Positions 47,486 through 56,454 of a DNA stretch of 64,000 bases are shown here, one piece after another. Every line of letters begins with the position of its first letter. The stretch's first letter is position 1. The notes under the pieces were generated by a model. That model was not told where the DNA came from. It saw only the letters and a program-made list of their open reading frames with translations, and ran no database searches. A program made the translations under genes and the position numbers. Origin of the DNA: an uncultured Acidobacteriota bacterium (GTDB lineage Bacteria; Acidobacteriota; Thermoanaerobaculia; Multivoradales; UBA5704). The DNA lies in contig OY969474.1 in NCBI GenBank assembly GCA_963700145.1, forward strand, positions 1,440,001 to 1,504,000. Reading direction: 5' to 3'.

Positions 47486-49050
47486 GCGAGCCGGGGAAGG
47501 TCACCTACACCACGATCAGCGGCTCCGAAGAGACCCACGCGGCCTTCGACGCCGCGGCGGCCGCGGTCGAGGGCCGCTTCGGCGAGCTCTGCGCCAACGC
47601 GATCGGCGGCGGGCCGTCGCCGGAGGGCCGGGAGCGCGAGCTGCGCTCGCCGGTGGACACCCGGGTGGTGGTCGGCCGGGCGCAGCGCGCCACCGCCGCC
47701 GAGGCGGCGCGCGCCGTCGAGCTCGCCGACGCCGCCTTCCCGGCCTGGCGCGGGCTCGGCTGGCCGCGGCGCGTGGCGATCCTGCGCGCGGCCGCCGAGC
47801 GCATCGGCGAGCGCACCCACGAGCTGGCGGCGCTCATGGCCTGGGAGGTGGGCAAGAACCGCCTCGAGGCCTTGGGCGAGGTCGCGGAGACCGCCGACCT
47901 GCTGCGCTACTACGCCGGCCTCCTCGAGGAGAACGCCGGCTACGCCCGCCCGCTGGCGCGCCTCCAGCCCCACGAGTCGACCGAGAGCGTGCTGCTGCCC
48001 TACGGCGTCTTCGGCGTCGTCTCCCCCTTCAACTTCCCGCTGGCACTCGCCGGCGGCATGGTCGGCGCGGCACTGGTCGCCGGCAACACCGTCGTCTTCA
48101 AGCCGTCGAGCCAGGCGCCGTTCTCGGGCGCGGCGCTCTGTCGGGCGCTGTGGGAGGCCGGGGTGCCCGCCGACGTCCTTCACCTCGTCGCCGGCGACGG
48201 CGAGGAGGTCGGGCGCGTGCTGCGCGAGCATCCGCGGGTCGGCGGCCTCGCCTTCACCGGCTCCTCCGACGTCGGGCTGGCGCTCCACCGCGAGGGATCG
48301 CGGCCCTGGCCGCGGCCGGTGGTCGTCGAGATGGGCGGCAAGAACCCGGCGATCGTCACTTCGCATGCCGACCTCGACGCGGCGGCCGAGGGCATCGCGC
48401 GCTCGGCCTTCGGCTACGGCGGCCAGAAGTGCAGCGCCTGCTCGCGCGTCTACGTCGAGCGGGAGGTCGAGGAGCCGTTCCTCGCGCGCCTGCTCGAGCG
48501 CACGGCGGCGCTCGTCGTCGGCAACCCGCTGCGGCGCGAGACCTTCCTGGGGCCGCTCATCGACGCCCCGGCGGTCGGCAAGCTCGAGCGCGCGGTCGAG
48601 CGCGTTCGCGAAGCGGGCGGCGAGGTGCTGGCGGGAGGCCAGGCCCGGCGCGACGGCGACCTCGCCCACGGCCACTACGTCGAGCCGACCGTGGCGCGGC
48701 TCGCCGATCCGGCGCACGCGCTCTACGCCGAGGAGCTGTTCGTCCCCCTCCTTCTTGTCTGCCCGGTGGCCGACCTGGGCGAGGCGTTGCGGCGCGCCAA
48801 CGACGTTCCCTACGGCCTGACCGCCGGGATCTTCAGCGCCGACCCCGCGGAGGTGCGGACCTTCCTCGACGGCATCGAGGCGGGCGTCCTCTACGTCAAC
48901 CGCCGCGCCGGCGCCACCACCGGCGCCTGGCCGGGGGTCAACCCGTTCGGCGGCTGGAAGGCCTCGGGCTCGACCGGCCCGGCGGCGCTCGGGCCCTACT
49001 ACCTGCTCAAGTTCCTGCGCGAGCAGAGCCGGACGGTGAGCGGCGTATGA
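47482..49050 (+). CDS. Aldehyde dehydrogenase, P5C-dehydrogenase-like
   Basis: SPFNFP, FTGS, EMGGKN, GQKCSACSR, EELF, PFGGWK. Confidence 0.92.
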   Translation: MSEPGKVTYTTISGSEETHAAFDAAAAAVEGRFGELCANAIGGGPSPEGRERELRSPVDTRVVVGRAQRATAAEAARAVELADAAFPAWRGLGWPRRVAILRAAAERIGERTHELAALMAWEVGKNRLEALGEVAETADLLRYYAGLLEENAGYARPLARLQPHESTESVLLPYGVFGVVSPFNFPLALAGGMVGAALVAGNTVVFKPSSQAPFSGAALCRALWEAGVPADVLHLVAGDGEEVGRVLREHPRVGGLAFTGSSDVGLALHREGSRPWPRPVVVEMGGKNPAIVTSHADLDAAAEGIARSAFGYGGQKCSACSRVYVEREVEEPFLARLLERTAALVVGNPLRRETFLGPLIDAPAVGKLERAVERVREAGGEVLAGGQARRDGDLAHGHYVEPTVARLADPAHALYAEELFVPLLLVCPVADLGEALRRANDVPYGLTAGIFSADPAEVRTFLDGIEAGVLYVNRRAGATTGAWPGVNPFGGWKASGSTGPAALGPYYLLKFLREQSRTVSGV

Positions 49051-49958
49051 GCAGCGACAAGCTCACTTCGATGCGCGAGGCGGTCGCGCGGCTGGTGCGC
49101 GACGGCGACACCGTGGTCATCGAGGGCTTCACCCACTTGATCTGCTTCGCCGCCGGCCACGAGATCATCCGCCAGGGGCGGCGCGACCTCACCCTCTGTC
49201 GCCTCACGCCGGACCTGATCTACGACCAGATGATCGCCGCCGGCTGTGCCCGTAGGCTGGTCTTCTCCTGGGCCGGCAACCCCGGCGCCGGGCCCCTCTA
49301 CGGCCTGCGCCGCGCCGTCGAGCAGCAGGTGCCGCGGCCGCTCAAGCTCGACGAGTATTCGCACTTCGGCATGGTGGCGCGCTTCGCCGCCGGCGCCGCC
49401 GGGCTCCCCTTCTGGCCGCTGCGCAGCTTCACCGGCAGCGACCTGCCGCGGGTCAACGCCGACATCCGTACCGTCCGGTGCCCCTTCACCGGCGAGGAGC
49501 TGGCGGCGGTGCCGCCGCTGCGCCCCGACGTCGCGATCGTCCACGTGCAGCGCGCCGACCGCCGCGGCGACGCCCAGGTCTGGGGCCTCCTCGGGGTGCA
49601 GAAGGAGGCGGCCTTCGCCGCCGCCCGGGTCATCGTCGTGGCCGAGGAGATCGTCGAGGAGAGCGTGCTGCGCGCCGACCCCAACCGCACCCTAATCCCC
49701 GGCCTGGTGGTGGACGCCGTGGTCCACGAGCCCTTCGGCTGCCATCCGTCCTACGCCCAGGGCTACTACGACCGCGACAACGCCTTCTACGTCGGCTGGC
49801 GGGAGATCTCCGAGGACCGCGGGCGGCTTGAGGCGTACCTCGACGAGTGGGTGCACGGCGTCCCCGACCGGGCGGCCTACACCGCGAAGCTCGGGGAGCG
49901 GGTGGGAGAGCTGCGGGCGCGTCCGCGGGTAGCGGGGGCGGTCGATTATGGGTTCTAG
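49047..49958 (+). CDS. Family I CoA-transferase subunit A (glutaconate CoA-transferase-like)
   Basis: VRDGDTV.IEGFTHL, PDVAIVHVQRAD, VVHEPFGCHP. Confidence 0.9.
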   Translation: MSSDKLTSMREAVARLVRDGDTVVIEGFTHLICFAAGHEIIRQGRRDLTLCRLTPDLIYDQMIAAGCARRLVFSWAGNPGAGPLYGLRRAVEQQVPRPLKLDEYSHFGMVARFAAGAAGLPFWPLRSFTGSDLPRVNADIRTVRCPFTGEELAAVPPLRPDVAIVHVQRADRRGDAQVWGLLGVQKEAAFAAARVIVVAEEIVEESVLRADPNRTLIPGLVVDAVVHEPFGCHPSYAQGYYDRDNAFYVGWREISEDRGRLEAYLDEWVHGVPDRAAYTAKLGERVGELRARPRVAGAVDYGF

Positions 49959-49965
49959 CCAGGAT

Positions 49966-50065
49966 GTCATCCTGAGCGTGAGCGAACCCGCGCTCCGATC
50001 AACGCCTGCTCCGGCAGGCGACCTCTCGGGTAGCGGCGCCCATCACAGGGCGCCGCAAGGATCTG
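49966..50065. repeat. Extended REP-like element between the CoA-transferase subunits
   Basis: GTCATCCTGAGCGTGAGCGAA...AAGGATCTG; second copy of 19843-19941. Confidence 0.9.
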
Positions 50066-50081
50066 GGGGCCGGGCGGCGCG

Positions 50082-50840
50082 ATGACCGCCGCCTACACTC
50101 CGTCGGAGCTGATGGTCTGCCGCGCCGCCCGCGAGCTACGCGACGGCGAGGTCGTCTTCGTCGGCATCGGCCTGCCGAACTTGGCCTGCAACCTAGCGCT
50201 CCGCCGGCACGCCCCGGAGCTGGTTCTGATCTACGAGTCGGGCGCGGTCGGCGCGGTGCCGGAGCGGGTGCCGGTGTCGATCGGCGACCCAGCGCTGGTC
50301 ACCGGCGCGCTCGCCGTCTGCTCGATGCAGGAGGTCTTCACCAACTACCTCCAAGGCGGACGGATCGACGTCGGCTTCCTGCAGGGTGCGCAGATCGACC
50401 GCCACGGCAACCTCAACACGACGGTGATCGGACCGTACGAGCGCCCGGCGGTGCGCCTGCCCGGCAGCGGCGGCGCCTGCGAGATCGCGATCCTGGCCAA
50501 GCGGGTCGTGGTGGTCGCCCGCCAGACCCGGCGGAGCTTCCCCGAGCGCGTCGATTTCGTGACCTCCCCAGGCTTCCTCGACGGCGGCGACGCGCGCCAA
50601 CGTCTCGGCATGCCCGGCGGCGGTCCGTCGCTCGTCGTCACCGACCTCGGCTGCTACGACTTCGTGGACGGCGAGATGACGCTGGTCTCGCTCCATCCGG
50701 GAGTGACGCTCGAGCAGGTGCGGGCCGCGATCGGCTGGGAGCTGCAGGTCACGGACGACCTCGCGACCACCGAGCCGCCGGGCGAGGACGAGCTTCGCGT
50801 GCTGCGGGAGCTCGACCGCGACTGTCTCTATCTCGGCTGA
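50082..50840 (+). CDS. CoA-transferase subunit B
   Basis: VFVGIGLP, LIYESG (catalytic Glu), AQID..GNLN, RLPGSGG. Confidence 0.92.
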   Translation: MTAAYTPSELMVCRAARELRDGEVVFVGIGLPNLACNLALRRHAPELVLIYESGAVGAVPERVPVSIGDPALVTGALAVCSMQEVFTNYLQGGRIDVGFLQGAQIDRHGNLNTTVIGPYERPAVRLPGSGGACEIAILAKRVVVVARQTRRSFPERVDFVTSPGFLDGGDARQRLGMPGGGPSLVVTDLGCYDFVDGEMTLVSLHPGVTLEQVRAAIGWELQVTDDLATTEPPGEDELRVLRELDRDCLYLG

Positions 50841-50866
50841 CGCCACTTCGTCGCTGGTATCGTAAA

Positions 50867-50927
50867 CTCAAACCCGGGGCCTGCAGCTGATGCTTGGCGG
50901 CGCCGCTGAGTCCCGGCAGCGTTGGGC
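50867..50927 (+). mobile_element. attC-like integron recombination site 1
   Basis: AAC-ccggggcctGcagc...gctgagtcccgg-cagc-GTTGGGC; 61 bp; imperfect inverted repeat with a bulged base. Confidence 0.6.
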
Positions 50928-51001
50928 GTCGGAAGAAGCGCCGCCTTACTGCGGCCGATCTTCCTAGATCTCCGTCCCCCCAATAGCGAGGAGCAGGGCA
51001 A

Positions 51002-51754
51002 ATGACTAATACGCATCTCGGAGCGAAGCTCCTGTCCACTCTCCTCTGGCGGGGGCTTGCCGTTCTCACTAGCCATCGAGACGACAAGCGCCGCCCGCAT
51101 GACGCGACGGCGTTGTCACATCCATCCGATGCCGAATCAGCCGCTCAGGCACAGTTTCACGCGGCTGAATATGCCTCCGAGAGAAACAGCGTGGACGTCT
51201 GGAAGACACTCCAATACGCACTTGTGCCGATCATGCTCAATGTGTGGTATCTCCTGATCCAGGTTTCTTCGATCATGCCGCTTGTCGTCTTCAGGTGGGC
51301 GTGTGCCGCGGTCCTTCCTCTGTGCTTGATTGCCTATCAGAAGGCCATGGTCGACGCATTGACAGGCGTACTGCTCATCGAGGAGCGCGTTCGGCCTCTG
51401 GCTATTCGACTGGCTGGCACAGACGAATTCTGGCTCCATGAACCGGTGTATCGGAAGCAGGTACCTCCGGATGCTGCATATGGGTGGTACACACCCCCCA
51501 TCCTCTCATTCTTGTCACCGCTGGCAATGTTAGCTTACCGCGTTACCGTAGATCCTTCTTTGCCGCGCGTCATTTCGTGGGCCGACATGGTTGGCTACAC
51601 GCTTTGCTGCTTAGCGGCACGGTTCGTCGGCGGTCTTAGCAAGAAGGGGCTCGCACTCAATCGGGACATTGACAAACATATTCGCAAGCGCGACTTCAGC
51701 TGGCTCAGAGCTGAAGCGCGCCTCTCTAGCCTGCCCTTTGGTAGGTCGAGTTAA
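51002..51754 (+). CDS. Hypothetical four-TM membrane protein, lower GC (cassette-like)
   Basis: 250-aa ORF with SD GAGGAG and atypical codon usage. Confidence 0.7.
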   Translation: MTNTHLGAKLLSTLLWRGLAVLTSHRDDKRRPHDATALSHPSDAESAAQAQFHAAEYASERNSVDVWKTLQYALVPIMLNVWYLLIQVSSIMPLVVFRWACAAVLPLCLIAYQKAMVDALTGVLLIEERVRPLAIRLAGTDEFWLHEPVYRKQVPPDAAYGWYTPPILSFLSPLAMLAYRVTVDPSLPRVISWADMVGYTLCCLAARFVGGLSKKGLALNRDIDKHIRKRDFSWLRAEARLSSLPFGRSS

Positions 51755-51773
51755 GTTTCTTAGCCATGGCGCT

Positions 51774-51866
51774 GAGCTGGTAGGCGAGGACGCTCGTCTG
51801 CCGGGTCACGCCAACCAAGTCGCCGAGCGGCACCGGATCGGCAGCGACAGCGCCGCCTGGCCGCTG
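51774..51866 (-). pseudogene. Relic fragment of a yfcC homolog
   Basis: Aligns to 56629-56722 with 8 substitutions and one 1-bp deletion. Confidence 0.85.
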
Positions 51867-52016
51867 GAGGCCCAACCAGTCGAACTGCGACGGCGAACAG
51901 CCGGCGGTTATCCCTTTCGTCGGTCGGTTGACGGAGCGAGGCTCGGGAGGGATCCCAGAGAGGCGGGAGCTACGGTAGGAACGGCTGAGGATAAGGGAGC
52001 AAGCGTTCCGGACATA

Positions 52017-52247
52017 TCCTCAGCGGCTGATACGACGTCCTCAGCCGCTGATACGACATCCTCAACGCCTGATACGACATCCTCGGCGGCTAATACGTTG
52101 TCCTCAGCGGCTAATACGACCTCCTCAGAGCTTCCGGATACATCCTCAGCGGCTGATACAACATCCTCAGGGGCTGATACGACATCCTCAGGGCCAGATA
52201 CCGCATCTCCAGGCCCTGGGGAGACGTCCGGAGGCCCCCCGACGACC
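52017..52247. repeat. 21-bp-period array, consensus TCCTCAGCGGCTGATACGACA
   Basis: Nine clear and two degenerate units; internal palindrome TCAGC-N-GCTGA. Confidence 0.93.
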
Positions 52248-52806
52248 TCCTGAGAGGACGCGCCGAGGTCCTCCGTCGCCGGGCGCCTCGCCCGCCGACC
52301 GGATCGTCACCGGGCCGTTGACTCCCGCGCCTGGTGAGGGGCGGGACCGCGCGCTAGGGCGATTGAGGGGTTGGGCCTCGGCCGTTCGTTGTTCATCTTG
52401 CAGGGCAACGTAAGGAGCTTCGCATGAGCCATTTCCTCGGGGTCGCCGTCCACGACGGCCGCACTCTCAACCAGACCACAGGCCTTGACCTGACACCTCG
52501 CGTCGGCTCGCTCGGCGGCCCCATAGGTGGTGGTGATCCTGATGCCGAAATCGGACCAACCCTGAACGACGCCTTAGTCGGACGCTTCAGCCCGCAGGAG
52601 CGCCGGTCAGGCGGATCACGGTCCGCTTCGGCGGGCCATGACTAACTGACCGGTGATCACATGGGCCTCGAGCCACTCGCTCCGGCGCTGCATTCTGCTC
52701 CCCTCGCTCCAGATGAAGATCGGAAGCGCAGATTCAGGCAGGCATTCGGCCGTATAGCGCGGCTTGAGCCTGCGAAAAGCTCTACATAAACCTAAGGAGA
52801 CGCATT

Positions 52807-54444
52807 ATGATCAACCAGAACTGGGTATTTGGCAAGAACGCCGGATTGGATTTCTCGACAAGCACCCCGACGCCATCATCGAACAACGTCATTAATACGT
52901 CCGAGGGCTGTGCATCCATCTCGGATGCGAACGGAAACCTCCTTCTGTACACTGATGGACAGAAGGTATGGGATGGCACGAACACCCAAAGGGCAACGGG
53001 CCTGTCGGGAAATCCATCCTCCACACAATCAGCGATCATCGTTCCCGACCCTGCTAACGCCGCTCGATACTACGTTTTTACAGCCGACGGGGCATCCGGC
53101 GGCAACAACCACGTCGATGGCCGACGGATTGACACGAGCACATGGGCTGTCACACAGTTGTCATCGATCATGGCGATGCCCTCGACCACTGGCTTCTCGC
53201 CGACAGAGAAACTCACAGCCATCCAGCACGCGAACTGCAAGGACTTCTGGGTCATAACAATCATTCAAGCAGGGCAGACTCAGCTTGCAAATGGACTCGG
53301 CACGCTTCGCGTGTTCCTAATCAATTCGACCGGAGTTCAGCATGTTGGGGATACACCGATGAACGTCAATGTTCATGATCTGGGGTATCTGAAGGGAAGC
53401 CCAGACGGCAAGCGAGTCGCTATCGCAAACTGGTCCAACCATAACGTGCTCGTCTATCCATTCGACAATTCGACCGGTACCATCGACCTGTCGAATCTGA
53501 TCACCATTCCGGTCCCCGCTATCCCTATCCAGAACCACCCGCGGGTCACATATGGTGTCGAGTTTTCGCTGAACGGCGATATCCTCTATTACACAGTGCT
53601 GGGTGCTTCAGTAGGTACCATTCCTCAGGCAAACGGGTATGTTTTTCAGCATAATCTTCTAGTCTCTTCCGCCTCGGTTCAGGTAGGAATGCACCCGAAC
53701 GCCGGGGGGCCGCCGCCGCGATACGCCCTGGGAGCACTCCAGTTGGGGATTAACGATCTCATTTATATAGCGCAGGACGGCGAGAATGCCTTGGGCGTCA
53801 TCGCGAATCCAACCGTGCTGGGAGCTGGCTGCGGCCTGACATTTAGCGCGCTTCCTCTTGCCCCCAATACCACATGTTACCTTGGTCTTCCCAACCTAAT
53901 TCCTAATCCGTGCGGATGCGCCTGCGAGAAGGGTAATTGCGACGATGCGGTGGACAAGGCAAACCAAATCCTCAACACAACGGCCGACACGAAGTTCTTC
54001 ACGATCATTGCTAACGGCCAAGCGGTACCGCCAAATTGCGGCCTGGCATTCCAGCAGACGAACTTCGAACCGCTCTTCTCGCTACACTGGGGAGACGGAC
54101 CAACCGACCAGTTCGAATCGCATGACACTGAGATCATTTATATCAGAGTCCAAAACCTCTTCAGGAACCTGATATACCGAGGAGTAAAAATCTTTAATAT
54201 CAGGGTCACCCCTAATCAGGTGCTGCCGAGCGGCGAGGCTGCCTTGCAGTTGATTCCTGCGGAGATCGTCTGCTTTGATGAGATCGAACCTTGCTCGTAT
54301 GTCTCCAGAGACTTTGCATTTTTCATTCAGAATGCAGTCGTACAAGGCTACCAGATTACATTCGACTATTGCATCGAAGAGACGGCCATCGTGTCACCCA
54401 ACGATGGCAGCGCAGCATTTAACGTTCAGGTAGTTGCGAGCTGA
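52807..54444 (+). CDS. Probable beta-propeller protein with Cys-rich linker and unknown C-terminal domain, lower GC
   Basis: SD AAGGAG; WVFGKNAGLDF, EGCASISDANGNLLLYTDG, SPDGK, GVEFS..G, GALQLG....IY, GLPN. Confidence 0.8.
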   Translation: MINQNWVFGKNAGLDFSTSTPTPSSNNVINTSEGCASISDANGNLLLYTDGQKVWDGTNTQRATGLSGNPSSTQSAIIVPDPANAARYYVFTADGASGGNNHVDGRRIDTSTWAVTQLSSIMAMPSTTGFSPTEKLTAIQHANCKDFWVITIIQAGQTQLANGLGTLRVFLINSTGVQHVGDTPMNVNVHDLGYLKGSPDGKRVAIANWSNHNVLVYPFDNSTGTIDLSNLITIPVPAIPIQNHPRVTYGVEFSLNGDILYYTVLGASVGTIPQANGYVFQHNLLVSSASVQVGMHPNAGGPPPRYALGALQLGINDLIYIAQDGENALGVIANPTVLGAGCGLTFSALPLAPNTTCYLGLPNLIPNPCGCACEKGNCDDAVDKANQILNTTADTKFFTIIANGQAVPPNCGLAFQQTNFEPLFSLHWGDGPTDQFESHDTEIIYIRVQNLFRNLIYRGVKIFNIRVTPNQVLPSGEAALQLIPAEIVCFDEIEPCSYVSRDFAFFIQNAVVQGYQITFDYCIEETAIVSPNDGSAAFNVQVVAS

Positions 54445-54529
54445 TCGATCAACTTTACGTCTTGAGGTTCTAACCAAGGCCATTGTGGAAGCAACCAGCG
54501 CCCAATGCTGACCGCTCGATGAGGTCGGC

Positions 54530-54592
54530 GCCCAACCCGCCGATCGAGCGGACGGCAAACGGCGGCGCCGCTCATCGGCAGGGGCGTTATTC
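54530..54592 (+). mobile_element. attC-like integron recombination site 2
   Basis: R'' GCCCAAC; arms GCCGAT(C)GAGCGG/CCGCTCATCGGC with one extrahelical base; ends GTTATTC; 63 bp. Confidence 0.75.
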
Positions 54593-54634
54593 GGCCGAGA
54601 ACAGGGGGGGAAGGTGATCGTGAACCGGGAGACA

Positions 54635-55107
54635 ATGATTCTGCTGTTCTCGGTGGGCCTGCTGTTGGTGGGTTGCGCCTCCAACTCTGGAGTCGGGCCA
54701 GTCGGGCCTGACACATTCATGGCCTCTAGGCAGGCTTTTTTCAGGACTTGGTAGCTAAAGGCCGACGCCCCTTGAGGAGGCGAGCCGATACTTGTGCAGG
54801 CCAGAAGAAGGAGCTACAGGTGGTAAGCACTAGTGAGTCGAAGCTACCATACGTGTTTGGCAACTTTCCTCCAGCCGAGGTCAGTTCATGTGCCTCGATA
54901 CGAAAGACCCTGAGCTCGCTCGGCCGAAGCTGCAACCACAGCCGGAGGTGGTCATCCAGACCGCCCCGCAATTGGAGCTCGTCAGCAACAAGCAACAGCC
55001 GAGCTTGTTCCCGTCTCAATCGAATCCGAGCCAGCCGGCGCAGACGCCTACCTCGATGGCGCTTCGTCGGTAGCACTCCTCTTCTGAAGACGTCGTCCGT
55101 GACCTAA
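54635..55107 (+). pseudogene. Multiply frameshifted lipoprotein gene
   Basis: MILLFSVGLLLVGCASNSGVGPVGPDTFMASRQA continues in other frames as CAGQKKELQVVSTSESKLPYVFGNFP, then FMCLDTKDPELARPKLQ. Confidence 0.65.
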
Positions 55108-55167
55108 CCTCCCGGTCGTTAGCAAACTGCCCATGCGTGCCGCCTGTGTGTCAAAAAAACCGCCTAG

Positions 55168-56437
55168 CAGGCCGCTGAGAAACGGCCTTCAACGGCGGGT
55201 GCGAGGCTGACAGCGATCTGGGAGCGGGCGATGTCGCGTGCGCGGGTGGAAGGGGAGGGCAACAGGCGCCTTGTGGGCGCGTTTGAGCGCCGCTGGTTTT
55301 GCTGGGCAGGACCTTTTTGGGCTATGCCGGCACGAGCAGGCGACTTAATCGGAGCAGGTTGTACGCTGCGGCGGCGAGGCGGGCGGCCAGCTGCGTCCTC
55401 GCCACGCCTCGGACCCTGGTCCGGTGCAGCCCTGCGCAGGTCTTGAGCCAGCCGAAGATCGTCTCGATTCGCCGCCGTACGACCTGACTGATCCGGTAGC
55501 CGGGACGGCGCGTTGTTCGCCGGTCGATTGCCGAGCGCCTGCGCCGGTGGGCATTCTGGGTGACGTGGGGGGTGACGCCGAGCTCTCGGCAGGCAGCCAC
55601 GAAGCCCTTGGTGTCGTAGCTCTTATCGGCGCCCACCGTCTTGCGCCGCGAGCCTTCGAGCCGCGCGAGCAGACCCAGAGCTTCGCGACGCTCGGCGAAC
55701 CCATCGGCCTGGGCCACCACGAAGTCCACCAACAATCCGTTGCGGTTCTCCATCAGAGCGTGGCCGGAAAACGAGAGCTTCGCCTCGTGCCCATCCCCCT
55801 TGCGGGCCAGGCGCGCTTCCGGGTCGGTCGTCGAGGCGTGCGTCTCGTTGCTCCGCTTCGTCCCCGTGAAATCGCTCCAGCCGTTGGCGTCTCCGCCCGG
55901 TGGCCCGTCCTTGGGCCGGAAGCTCTTCATCGACGCCCAGGCCTCGATCAGCGTCCCATCCACCGAGAAGTGCTCGCTCGACAGCAGCCGCTGCACGCTC
56001 GCCTCAGCCACGATCGCCGCCAAAAACCGCTCGGCCACCTCGTGCCGGATCAGCCGCTCCCGGTTGCGTGAAAACGTGCTCGCGTCAAACGACGGCTCGT
56101 CGAGCTCCAGATCCAAAAACCAGCGAAACAGCAGGTTGTACTCGAGCTGCTCGCAAAACTGCCGGTCGCTCCGCACCGAAAACAGCGCGATCAGCAGCTG
56201 CGCCTTGAGCAGCCGCTCCGGCGGCACCGACGGCCGCCCCGTCTCGGCGTACATCACCGCAAACACCTCACTCAACTGCCCGAGAGCCCGGTCGGCCAGC
56301 CCCTTGATCCGCCGGATCGGATGCGCCGCCGGAATCCGCTCCTCCAACGACCCCACCATCAACAACGTCCTCTGCTCGCGCGCTTTCCCTCGCATGGCCT
56401 GCAAGGGTAGCGCGAACCGGGGTTTTTCAGCAGCCTG
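55168..56437 (-). mobile_element. IS5-family insertion sequence, 1270 bp
   Basis: TIRs CAGGCCGCTGAGAAAC and CAGGCTGCTGAAAAAC (reverse complement), flanked by CTAG at 55164-55167 and 56438-56441. Confidence 0.93.
55322..56395 (-). CDS. IS5-family DDE transposase (DUF772 + DDE)
   Basis: GRPSVPPERLL, YNLLFRWF, SVDGTLIEAWAS, GADKSYD, RRRIETIFGWLK. Confidence 0.95.
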   Translation of the reverse strand: MRGKAREQRTLLMVGSLEERIPAAHPIRRIKGLADRALGQLSEVFAVMYAETGRPSVPPERLLKAQLLIALFSVRSDRQFCEQLEYNLLFRWFLDLELDEPSFDASTFSRNRERLIRHEVAERFLAAIVAEASVQRLLSSEHFSVDGTLIEAWASMKSFRPKDGPPGGDANGWSDFTGTKRSNETHASTTDPEARLARKGDGHEAKLSFSGHALMENRNGLLVDFVVAQADGFAERREALGLLARLEGSRRKTVGADKSYDTKGFVAACRELGVTPHVTQNAHRRRRSAIDRRTTRRPGYRISQVVRRRIETIFGWLKTCAGLHRTRVRGVARTQLAARLAAAAYNLLRLSRLLVPA

Positions 56438-56454
56438 CTAGGCATCCCCTTTCC

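Noticed and set aside
52424-52645. 73-aa ORF in the island
   Set aside because: No recognisable motif; may be debris.
52660-52772. Possible additional attC before the propeller gene
   Set aside because: Lacks intact AAC/GTT cores and a convincing stem; too degenerate to call.
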